64,000 bases of DNA from Octopus bimaculoides (taxonomy: Eukaryota). The notes beneath the pieces are model-generated. The model was not told the origin of the DNA. It did no database searches and was given only the letters and a program-made list of their open reading frames with translations. The first letter of the stretch is position 1. Each line of letters begins with the position of its first letter. Below are positions 11,415-23,208 of the stretch, one piece after another. Where the stretch lies: positions 1,543,762-1,607,761 of the forward strand of contig NC_068990.1 of NCBI RefSeq assembly GCF_001194135.2, given 5' to 3'. The position numbers and the translations under genes are program-made.

Positions 11415-12529
11415 TAATTTTTAAAAAATTTCTTTTTCATTATAGCCACTTAATTAAATACTGACATTACACAAATTCTTTGATATCAAAGAAATATTAA
11501 TTAAAATTAACTCATCAATATTTTGTTAATAACTAGTTACGATTATTAAAGTTTAGCAACAATGTTTTTGCAAATACAAGAAAACTCCACTAATAATGCA
11601 ATTTTCTTGACTATTAACTAACAATACTTTACACATGTCATATCTGCCACAATCATGCTGTTGGTGGTCTAAACCATTCTAACCATGGCTACCTCATCCT
11701 TTTTCAGTCATATCTTGGACTGCATTATCCAATGTGTAGTTTTCTGCAGAATGATTTGAAGAGTGATTAGTAAATATGAAAATGATCTTTTTTGTTGTTG
11801 CCTTATCCCAGTTCCGTCCCTCCCCACTCACCCCTTCTGACCTAGCTGTCCTAGAGTCAAAATCCTATGGGAGTTAAAAGTGAACCCTGTAAGACTAAAA
11901 GGTCAACACAACCCAAGGTGACTGTTATTATGGTGTGATTGAGGACAAAGAACTGTAATACAAGGTGTTTGTCATGATATATCATCATCATCATTGTCGT
12001 CGTCGTCATCATCATCATCATCGTTTAACATCTGTTTACCATATTGGCATAGGTTGGACTGTTTGACAGGAGGTGGCCAGCTGGAGAGCTGCTAAAGTCC
12101 ATTTGTCTGTCTTGTCATTGTTTCTACAGCTGGAGGCCCTTCTTTGCGCCAGCCACATTTATGATTATATTAACATTTCTTCACAGTTTTTGTTATGTAA
12201 CGAACATACTGAAGTTAATTACTATAGCTGGCTCCTCTTCTATTATTTCTGTTTGAGGTAGGCTGAAACCTTCATTCACGTACCACCCCATAGTGATTCT
12301 TCAATAAAACAAGGAAAAACAGCAACAATGTGGACTGCAACACTGGAGGTTTAAATGCCATCATGCGGCAAATAATAATTTCACATACTTTCAAATATAT
12401 ACAACAGCAATAACAACAAGCATTTTAAATCCATTTTCCTGGATAAAGCATGGATTTTGCAAACCCCCATGACAGCCTTTTTAGTTTATCATACCTAGTA
12501 CATTCGTTATCATCAATCCTCTTTCTCTG

Positions 12530-12720
12530 ATTTCATCCTCAATCATCTTTAACCAAATCTTCTTCTTCCTCTACTCCTACGTTTATTTCCGTTACTTCTC
12601 TCATCCAGTCACTTTCATCCTTCCTAAGCACATGACTCAACCACTTCCTCTCAATTCTCTTCATAACTTCCATCACTTGCTCTAGTCTCGTCATCCACAA
12701 CAATCCATTGTTTTTCCCTT
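12530..12720 (-). mobile_element. Degraded RTE-like LINE C-terminal fragment
   Basis: Minus strand VMEVMKRIERKWLSHVLRKDESDWMREVTE resembles the RWFGHVLR...RGRPRKTW region. Confidence 0.5.
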
Positions 12721-14069
12721 TTCTCTCTCTGCAATACTCTACACATCCACCAAACCATACTCATTTCCATTTTTTGCCAGCCTTATCTGCCACTTTACCT
12801 TCCTTCATTGCCCACGTCTCACCCGCTAATCATTGCCCATCATATACATACACAGAGCATAAACCTTTTCCATCTAATAAAAAAAAAAGACGGCTAAAAC
12901 ATGGAGATTATAGACTATAAATTCTCAAAGGGAAATTAATAACTCCAAAACTGAAACTGAAACTCAAGATGTTCAGTGAAAAACTTTATTATCAGTAAAT
13001 GAAAAAAATACTTCAATGAAGCAGCTTTAACCAAAAGTTTGCTTTTAATCACAAACCGTGTGGAGGAGAATGTGAAAAAAAAACTATATCTCAGTAAAAA
13101 GAGCCCTTTCTCAGGAAGATCTTCAATTGCTTTCATCTAAGATCTGGAATGTAAAGAAAAAATATCAATTGATAAGAATGCATCAGGGTTAGATATAATC
13201 AAAAAAGAATACTGTACCAACTTTGACAGTAAAACTGATATAATCAACTTTAAAACTTTCACTAAAGCTATAGGGAAGCTGTATAGTCATAAGATACCAA
13301 GAAGATGCTAGTTATTGGATACTAGCAGAAGATGTTGACACTCTACAGAAAACCATTGATATGTATATTTAAAAGAGTTATGAAAGGTAAGATATACCAA
13401 ATTGATATATCAATTTCACTTACTACAGCCAAGAACAGACTTGGCAGCTAACTATAAAGCCATTGCTTGTCCTTTTATTACATAGAGAGACTAAAAGGCA
13501 GTGAGCTTGCAGTATTATTAGCATGCTGGTCAAAATACTTAGTGACGTTTACATTTTGAGTTCAAATTCCACTGAGGTTGACTTTGCTTTTCATCATTTC
13601 TGGGTTGATAAAATAATTAACATCTAAGCACTGAGGTGGATGTAATCTACATACCCGATCCCTGAAATTACTGGCTTTGTGCCAAAGTTTGAAACAATTA
13701 TTATTTCTATTATTATTACTAGCAGGACCCATGAATAGTTCATGGAATTAATGGTAAACCTATTGGATTATTTCTGACAATTTTATCCCCAAAACCTGAA
13801 AGCATAGCCTGTGTTGTGTCTGTATGGAGAAATAGTCACTCATCTGTTACTCGTTGAAAAGTGAAAGAAATTGGAATACGATGATTACTTTATGCACTTT
13901 ATATATACACTTTATATACTTTATGCACAATTTCATAGACTTAATACACAGCAGTCATAAAATAAATGTTCACTTGTGTTTTACCATTTTCTCCCATAAA
14001 CAAAATAAAAACATCTCATACATATGAAACAACTTTTAATTAAATTGCATATACTTGCCATGTGAATAA

Positions 14070-14530
14070 GTGTGAATGTGGAAGAGGTAGATTGAGGGAA
14101 CCTGTGAAAGAGGTAGACCCCGGAAGACCTGGGATGAGGTGGTGAAGTACGGCCTTCGAACATTAGGCCTCACCGAGGCAATAACTAGTGACTGAGACCT
14201 TTGGAAATATGCTGTGCGTGAGAAGACCCGGCAAGACAAGTGAGACCATAACCCATGGCCTATGCCAGGGGTGTAACCAGCCCATTTATGCATACCTTTC
14301 CTTCATTGGATACTAAACTCTGCTTGTGAAGACCTGTTGAGGCAAGTGAAATCGAAATTAAATCAAATTCGATGCCTGGCACTTGTACCACTGGAGCGCT
14401 AAGAGCACCATCTGAGCTTGATCGTTACCAGAGCAGCTGACTGGCTTCCGTGCCAGTAGCATGTAAAAATGCCAGTGGCACATGAAAAAACATTCGAGCG
14501 AGGTCATTGCCAGTGCCACTGGACTGGCTC
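14070..14530 (+). mobile_element. RTE-clade LINE 3' fragment, same family as 10135
   Basis: GTCERGRPRKTWDEVVKYGLRTLGLTEAITSD.DLWKYAVREKTR followed by TGCCAGTGGCAC UTR units. Confidence 0.8.
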
Positions 14531-14689
14531 CTGTGCAGATGGCACAGATTAAATACCAGTGATACACTGAGGTCAATGTAATCGCCTAGTCCCCCCNNNN
14601 NNNNNNNNNNNNNNNNNNNNNNNNNNNNNNGCCCAAATTGAAAGCCTTATGCCTTTAGTAGAAAGGATTATGAATACTGATTTTTAGGG

Positions 14690-14905
14690 CAGCGAGCTGG
14701 CAGAATCATTAGCATAAGGGGCAGAATAGTTAACAGCATTTCGTCTATCTTTACGTTCTGAGTTCAAATTCTGCAGAACTCAACTTTGCCTTTCATTCTT
14801 CTGGGGTTGATAAATTAAGTACCAGTGAAACACTGGGATCGATGTAATCGACTAATCCCCTCCCCCCAAATTTCAGGCCTTGTGCCTTTAGTAGAAAGGA
14901 TTATA
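14690..14905 (+). mobile_element. SINE family A (GGCGAGCTGGCAGAATC head, GAGTTCAAATTC B-box-like, GCCTTTCATCCTT..GGGGTCGATAAA body)
   Basis: Further copies at about 13495(+), 24270(-), 26551(+), 26757(-), 26955(-), 32935(+), 38045(+), 39138-39810(+ cluster), 42495(+), 50490(-), 58440(+) and 61320(-). Confidence 0.85.
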
Positions 14906-15933
14906 GTCATTATCATTATTATCATTAATAGTAAGAGTAGACAAAAAACACAGAACTCCACCCAACAAAGGAACACTAATGACATTGCACATACTCTAAA
15001 TTGCACAATGCACAAAACCCCAAAATAACACCAGAAACAGAACAGTTAAACAAATCCCCAAGACAAATTGAAGCTGATACAGTTAAACGGCACAATTCTA
15101 CATCCCCAGATATCAACATTATGCACACTGCAGGAACACGGGGGAGAACTTGGTCATAAAACTGTTGAAAAGGTAACAACAACAACAATAATAATAATAG
15201 CAACAATGATTAGGTAATTATGATAATAATCAGGATGATAGTGTAGGAAAATAAAATAATTCTGTTTCCTGGTAATATTGATAGCAATGTACCTGAAGTG
15301 TAGGTTTAATGGCTATTCTAAAATATAGAAATGCAGTTTTGGCTTGTATAAAGTTTGGATGGGAGTAACAGAGATTGGAGATGAGATATGGAAAGAGGGA
15401 GAACAAAGAGTAATATAAAAGATGGAGAGGGAGAGAGAGAGAAATGAGAGATTGAGAGTGCAAAGAGTGAATGAATGAAATGGCATTAATAATAGCACAA
15501 TACAAATGTAGACGAGATGTTTACAATGTTTTGGGATGCTACATCAGCTGCCCGTTCGAAGCTATATACATGTGTGTGTGTGTGTGTGTGTGTGTTTATG
15601 CATCTGTGTTTGTACACCCACCATCACTTGACAACCAATGTTTATATCTCTGTAACTTGGCAGTTCAGCAAAACAGACCGATAGAATAAGTACTGGGTTT
15701 ACAAGGAATAAGTCCTGGGGTAGATTTGTTCAACTAAAAGCGATGCTCCAGCATGGCAGTAGTCAAATGACTGAAACAAATAAAAATAAAGTAAACGAGT
15801 GGAAATCAAATCGGTGAGTGTGTTAAATCATAAGACATTAAGAGGGAATTACTCTCCCCAAACTCAATAATATATACATATATTTACACACACACACGTG
15901 TGTGTGTGTATATATATGCACATATATATATAC

Positions 15934-16068
15934 AATTTAGGGTTCAGCAAGTATTGCTTCACCACACACCGAAAATTAGAAATAGCAGCCAAAAACTACT
16001 ATTTCTCTACTAAAATACATTTCTAATTTTCGGTGTGTGGTGAAGCAATTCTTGCTGAACCCTAAATT
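15934..16068. repeat. 135-bp near-perfect inverted repeat, 50-bp arms and 35-nt spacer
   Basis: AATTTAGGGTTCAGCAAGTATTGCTTCACCACACACCGAAAATTAGAAAT versus its reverse complement at 16019-16068, one mismatch. Confidence 0.93.
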
Positions 16069-16180
16069 TTAATTATGTTTATATAAGTTTACCGATAATG
16101 GTTTTTAACACACCGATCTACTTGGTAACATTATTACTTATCAATTAATTATTAATTTTTACCCTATATCTGTATGAGGT

Positions 16181-16216
<36 letters not shown>

Positions 16217-17819
16217 CAGACGTATAAATATAGATAGATAGATAGATGCAAACATACATCTGTCTGTATGTATGTATGTATGAGTGTATGCTTGTGTGTA
16301 TGTGTATGAGTCTATGTTTGTGTGTGCCTTTGTTGTGTTGCCATCACATGATAGTTGTAAGCGAGCATCACCAGCAAACATGTTGTCTTCCTAGTCTTCC
16401 TTGCAAAACATGTTTGGCCATAGGGAAAACATTACTTTGTTTTGGAGACTGGTGAGGATTGGTGACAGCAAGGCCATCTGACCACCAGAGAAGCTGCCTC
16501 AACTAATTCTGTCTCATCCACACCAGCATAGAAATGTTGATATTAAAATGCTTGTGATGTATGTATGTGTGTGTGTGTGTGTGTTTTGATTTGTCTGTCT
16601 GATTACCTGTCTGTCTGTTGCCTGTCTGTCTGTGTATTTATCTAGCTATTTATCCATCTATCTAGATGCATGTGTGTATGTGTGTGAACATATATATATG
16701 TGCATGTATATGTATCAATGCACAGACCACATTTAAATACAGGGGTCATTTCATGAAATAAACAGAACCAAAACATCAACAGAACAGAAAATGGCAGCGA
16801 GATGAATGCTTTGATGCCTGATCTCTTCTGATGTTGGATATAAATGGGATGGGAATTCTGTTCGGAATATCAGTAATGTTGAGTTAGAGAAAAAGAGAAG
16901 AGGAGTGAGGAAGGGAGCCTGCAGAATTGGGTACGTAGCAGACACATCAATCAAAATGGGGAAAAAAGAAATTTACTTTTTGTTTAAATATTAGTGTTGG
17001 ATTTGTCTATTCAGATGGATGGAATCTATTTGATGAATAATTGAATATATATATGTATGCATAGGAATAGGAAAATATCTATACAAATGTTTGATTGTGG
17101 TAGCCTTCTTGTGAAAAACAAAAGTAAATACACTTATTTCAGTACAATTCCACCAATTAGCTAACCTCAAAATTTTGGGCAAAGATAAAATGCCTTGCAT
17201 TCCAACTCCAAATCTTATCAAGTACAGCTCGACCTTCTGTCTTTTAGTTGTCATATCTTTTAGGTTCTGTTGGATCAAGAGTATGAGATCCAAGAAAGGA
17301 TCTCTGTTTACAGTTAAACTAACACTTAAAGTAAGAGTGAAGGCATAATGTATGCTACTATGAAGTCACACTCAATTGTGAGTGTTGGTTGAATATATAT
17401 CTACTATAATAATCTTTGTTGCATATTTAAGTGTACCAGCAATACCTGTGGAAATTCCATGGTCCATTCACAAATATTTCCTCTGTCAGTAATAATATCA
17501 TATTTCCTGTATAATGCTTCAATGAATTCCTTGTTGCTAGACTCACACACATGCGTGAATGCTCACCACAGCAAACACACAACTACAGACACACATGAAT
17601 AAACACACTCGAGAAACTGTTGGCTGTTATGGTAGCAGTAGTTGCAGAAGAGAGCAGTGTTGGTTGTTATCGTGGTGTTGATGGTGGTTGAGATGGTGAA
17701 GGTGATATTGGTGTTGTTATTGGGGAAAGATGCAGACAGTGACATAGATAGATAAAGAGAGAGGAATGAGAGAGGAGTGATATAGATAAAGGGAGGAATG
17801 AGAGAATGAGATAACTAAA

Positions 17820-18870
17820 GATGCAGTGACATCACACAACCTGTCACTTCTGGAACCCCTAGTCTCTGCATCTCTCCCTGTCTCAGTAGATTTTTCTGTT
17901 CACTGTTATCCCTAACAATATTATCTACCATAACAATATCTGGGCTCTGAGCCTTGATTAGGGAGTCACATTGGATTGTAAAATCCCACTGTGTCTTATG
18001 TTCTTTGTTCTGGTTCATGTTCATACCATTTCTGTGCTCTATTCAGACCGTACTTTTCACATAGCCTCCAGTGGATGAACTTAGCCACATTATCAGGCAT
18101 TCTTTTGTAGTGATTTTGGGCCAGCTTGCTAGACTCACTCACAATAAGTGAGATTGTTTCATTTTTGTTGCCAAACATCCTACAAAGGGTCGATTTGCTA
18201 CTCTTATCGATTTGGAACCTGGTGTAATTAGTTCTCAGAGCTTGTTCCTGGACATTGCATATCCATGCCTCAGTGCATCCTTTCAGACCACTTTTCCTTA
18301 GCCATCTTCAAGTGTTGATATAGTCTTTTCTTTCAATTTCACTGAGGTATTGTCTATGAAGTGATTTCATTTTCCACTTGTTTACTCTTTCTTCTTCATC
18401 TTGTCTCTTAAATATTTGTAGGTGCATCACATTTTGGGTTGGTATTACATTGTCAATTCTAACAGCAGCAAGCAAGGACTCACTCTGCTGTTTGATGTAC
18501 CAAACCAGACTGTTCTTCTTTTAACTGTCATCACTTTTCTAGTTTTCCTGTCTATTTCCTCAAGCTCATATTTTGTCCACCTAACAACATCTGTGCCATA
18601 TTGTATTAAGGAAACAACCCATGTGTTCATTGCCCTGGTTTTGTTTTTCCATTGAGTCTACTTCCCATAATTAACTTGGTTCTTCTTCTTCTTCTTCTTC
18701 TTCTTCTTCTTCTTCTTCTTCTGCTTCTTCTGCTTCTTCTTCTTCTTCTTCTTCTTCTTCTTCTTTGAATTCTGCTTCCATTTCTTGCCGAGTATCTTCC
18801 TGACACATAGGGCAGAGAAACGTATTGTATACATTGGTAGGCCATTGAAACAACACACCAGATTGTTCAT
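17820..18870 (-). mobile_element. R4/Dong-like non-LTR fragment (RT thumb to endonuclease), heavily decayed
   Basis: KLIMGSRLNGK, MNTWVVSLIQYG..VVRWTKYELEEIDRKTRKVMT, VAKFIHWRLCEKYGLNRAQKWYEHEP, WDFTIQCDSLIKAQSPDIVMVD. Confidence 0.85.
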
Positions 18871-18877
18871 TTACAGA

Positions 18878-19113
18878 GATGGGACTTCCTGGAAAGTTCT
18901 GTGGATTTCCTAGAAAGTTCCGCAGATGGGACTTCCTGGAAAGATCCAAGGATTTTCTGGAAACTTCCGAGGATGAAGCTTCCTGGAAACTTCTGGGGAT
19001 GGGACTTCCTGAAAATTTCTGAAGATCTCCAGGAAAGTTCTGAGGATGGGGCTTCCTGGAAACTTCCGAGGGCTGGACTTCCTGGAAAGTTCTGAGAGTG
19101 GAACTTCCTGGAA
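18878..19113. repeat. About 24-25-bp minisatellite (GATGGGACTTCCTGGAAAGTTCT-like), about 10 degenerate units
   Basis: Recurrent CTTCCTGGAAA(G/C)TTC core across the interval. Confidence 0.85.
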
Positions 19114-19205
19114 AAATACATGTGTGTGTGTGTATATATAAACATATGTATGTATATATATGTATGTATTTATGTATGTATATATATATGTATATATATG
19201 TATAT

Positions 19206-19296
<91 letters not shown>

Positions 19297-19519
19297 TATG
19301 GTGGATGTCTACTCCTTATGCAGAGCTTGACCACCTCCTGTACCTATGCCTTATCCCCACCATAGTATCTGCTGTGGCTTCTTTAACCAGACAATGTTCT
19401 GTAAAGACACCCACATAGATTATACCACCAGTTTTGACCACCCAGAGCTGCAGATTAGTTCTGTTCCTTGTAGATTTTAAAATGTCCCTTGAGGCCTCTG
19501 TTGGATTTGCAAACTTTTT

Positions 19520-19860
19520 GGTATACACTGCATTCAAAGGTGTGCACAGACACATCGTCAGAATAGTTGGTGGAGGTTTGTTTTCCTTGCATTCACAGAT
19601 GAGATTTGAGGTCCGTAAAAGACAGGTATGGTCTGTCGCAGACTGTGCACACAAAAAGGTCATTGTCATTCACCTTCTTAATCGTTACATTCTTCCTTAA
19701 ATCTCTTTTGAGTCATACTTTTGTTATCCTGGCCTCTTCAAATGCTTTCACTCCACTTCACACCTTTGTTTGCCATCCAACTCGATCCAAAGCAAGGGTT
19801 TCTGTGTCTTCTGGAACCATTCCCTGTGACTTCATATTACTCCTTATGCCATCCCTAAAC
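19520..19860 (-). mobile_element. RTE-like LINE C-terminus with a terminal zinc-finger-like motif
   Basis: Minus strand LRSNMKSQGMVPEDTETLALDRVGWQTKV.SGVKAFEEAR...FVCTVCDRPYLSFTDLKSHLRM. Confidence 0.6.
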
Positions 19861-20560
19861 CTTATATATATATATTTTACATATATATTTATAATTTTCA
19901 TATATATGTTCTATATATATTTTTATATTTCCATCAGTCAGTTTCCTTCTATGAAATACACTATACACCATGCTAGCATGGAAAGCGGACGTTAAACGAT
20001 GATGATGATGATGATGAAGACTTTGATATAGTTGCTGATATTTATGAAATCTAAACAATAATATACGAAAATGTGCTATCGTTATCCACGATTTATATTG
20101 GCTACGAATATAACTAAATCAGAAATAAATTAAGGTTGATAACATCTCCATATTCAATAAATTGGTGATGTTTGACAAAGTACATGAAGTTATTTTATAT
20201 GAAAGAGAAAACTTGAATTGACTGATACATTGAAATAGACAGTAGGTATATACAAACTGTATACCAACTAATAAAAGTAGGACCATAAAAAAGAAATATG
20301 GAGTGTGTGTATGTGTTATATATATATATATATATATATACATATATATAAATGTACACACACACACACACATACACACATGGATAGATAAAAAGATAAA
20401 TAAATAGATCAATAGGTAGATAGACAAATGGCTGACAGCATAGCTTGGCACAGTCCTCCGGCTTGCTAGCTCCTGTGAAACTGTTCAAGCCATGTCCGCA
20501 TGGAAAAGCAACTGTTGAATGATGATGTTGATAATGATGATATATATATATATATATATA

Positions 20561-20649
<89 letters not shown>

Positions 20650-20650
<1 letters not shown>

Positions 20651-21070
20651 AAGTGTAGGTGTGTGGCAAGAAACTTGCTTTCCAACCACATGGCTCCAGT
20701 TCAGTCCCACTGCATGGCACCTTGTGCAAGTGTCTTCTACTATAGCTTCAGGCCAACCAAAGCCTTGTAAGTGGATATGGTAGATGGAAACTGAAAGAAA
20801 CCCATCATATGTATGTGTATGTTTGTGTGTGCGTGCGTGTGTGTGTGTGTGTGTGTGTGATTGTGTCTGTGTTTGTCCCCCACCACTGCTTGACAACTAG
20901 TGTTGGTGTGTTTATGTCCTCATAACTTAGCAATCCAGCAAAAGTTACTAATAGGATTAGAACTGGGTTTAACAAAAAATAAGTACTAGGATCAATTCAT
21001 TTGACTAAAGGAAATTCTTCAAGACAGTGCCCTAGCTTACCACAGTCTAATGACTGACAGAAGTAAAAGA
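20650..21070 (+). mobile_element. SINE family B copy
   Basis: Same head, CORE-like segment and tail as 46182-46720. Other partial + copies at about 15590, 23400, 28300, 32170, 32715, 33548 and 45655. Confidence 0.8.
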
Positions 21071-22101
21071 TAAAAGATTAGAAATATATTTCTGATGATA
21101 TGCAGTAACTGTTAGTAAATGTTATGGCATAATTTTGAATGGTGATGTTAGAACTTTCTAAACTTGTAACCACTTTTTCTTTCATTGTACTCAATTTCTT
21201 CACCTCCTCAATGTCTTATCTCTTCCTTTCTTTTGTCTACCTTTACAACCTCTAAATCCTACTTTTCCATCAACTGACCCTCTTTAAATTCATCAGTGCT
21301 ATTTCTTCTTTCACTACTCTTTCATATTCCCATCTCCTCATACCAACCCTGATACAACAGAGCTGGATCCCTCCCTCTACATAACATACCACATCACCTT
21401 ATCACACATTTCCTTCCCCTTTTTTCACCAGACACTAATCCCTACCCATTTTCATCTGTCACTTACATACATCCGTCCCCTATAGTGTATATTCTGCTAT
21501 TCTCTCCTTTATGCACCCTCACAACTATACATCTTGTTGATCTGATCTGATGAATTTTTCTCACTTTGTTTCTGTTGCAATACTGCTATTCTGAAGATAT
21601 ACTGTTTTCCTCTAGGCATTTTGTACTTAAAATGTAGGTTACCAGACCACTGCAGCTGCTTCTATTTTCATCACCAGCTGTAGATTTCTAGACATATGAA
21701 AGCCAACAGATGGGCTTGAATAGCATATTTTGATTTCCTGTGCAGCTGTGGCTACATTTTATGTTTTTTCTATTGAAAAGCTTGTTGTATTTATTATGAG
21801 TGGGAAAGTATTTGATGATTAAGTGTTAAGAAATTTTTTCTCACATTTGTCACAATACTTAGGCTGAAGGGCAGTTTAGAAAAAGTTGATAGTTCTTTTT
21901 CTGACTTTGCTTCGTTTATAGTCTATTTGTATAGCATAGACTTTTCTTTGAAATGAATGTGCTTTATTGCTTTGTTAAATATTGTCTTATCAGATGATAT
22001 TCTGGAAAGTCTCCAGCTTGTATTGCTGATAAGAGTTACTTATTAGTGAAGATGAGAGGTTGGAATATGCATCTGTATATCAGTGTATGTGCACATATAT
22101 A

Positions 22102-22175
<74 letters not shown>

Positions 22176-22560
22176 AGTATGTGTGTTAATATATACAGAC
22201 ATATATGTATGTAAGAATAATAATTCACATACATACACAAACACACATGCACAAATGCATGCACATACACAAGGATTCATATATGTATATGAATATATGT
22301 TCGATATATTTCTAATTACATCAACTGATGCCAGCACATAAACTAAAGAGATGTCTAGATTGACGCGGTAATTGTTGCCAGTAGCAGTGATCCATTTATC
22401 CTTCTGTAATGATGCAGTCAAAAAAGTATAGCCATTTTCATAAGATAGTTGATATACAGTCTTTTCTGTTCAATAATTTCATTTGGCATGTGAGCTAAGC
22501 TCTAATGTACACATATGTCCATATAAACACAAATATTATACATATAAATGTATATATACA

Positions 22561-22596
<36 letters not shown>

Positions 22597-22601
22597 TATA
22601 T

Positions 22602-23208
22602 NNNNNNNNNNNNNNNNNNNNNNNNNNNNNNNNNNNNNNNNNNNNNNNNNNNNNNNNNNNNNNNNNNNNNNNNNNNNNNNNNNNNNNNNNNNNNNNNNNN
22701 NNNNNNNNNNNNNNNNNNNNNNNNNNNNNNNNNNNNNNNNNNNNNNNNNNNNNNNNNNNNNNNNNNNNNNNNNNNNNNNNNNNNNNNNNNNNNNNNNNNN
22801 NNNNNNNNNNNNNNNNNNNNNNNNNNNNNNNNNNNNNNNNNNNNNNNNNNNNNNNNNNNNNNNNNNNNNNNNNNNNNNNNNNNNNNNNNNNNNNNNNNNN
22901 NNNNNNNNNNNNNNNNNNNNNNNNNNNNNNNNNNNNNNNNNNNNNNNNNNNNNNNNNNNNNNNNNNNNNNNNNNNNNNNNNNNNNNNNNNNNNNNNNNNN
23001 NNNNNNNNNNNNNNNNNNNNNNNNNNNNNNNNNNNNNNNNNNNNNNNNNNNNNNNNNNNNNNNNNNNNNNNNNNNNNNNNNNNNNNNNNNNNNNNNNNNN
23101 NNNNNNNNNNNNNNNNNNNNNNNNNNNNNNNNNNNNNNNNNNNNNNNNNNNNNNNNNNNNNNNNNNNNNNNNNNNNNNNNNNNNNNNNNNNNNNNNNNNN
23201 NNNNNNNN
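22602..23208. other. Assembly gap (N run)
   Basis: Other large gaps at about 30443-31233, 35215-36140, 40647-40985 and 27641-27757, plus several smaller ones. ORFs spanning them are artefacts, and hidden exons cannot be excluded. Confidence 0.99.

Noticed and set aside
13230-13400. RYQEDA..ILAEDVDTLQ resembling an RT YADD region
   Set aside because: Short, stop-riddled, and no neighbouring RT motifs.
21620-22440. Possible further Dong-like remnant (YTNRL..QLF and LQKDK..NNYR motifs on minus)
   Set aside because: Motifs are in the wrong order for one element and too decayed to call.
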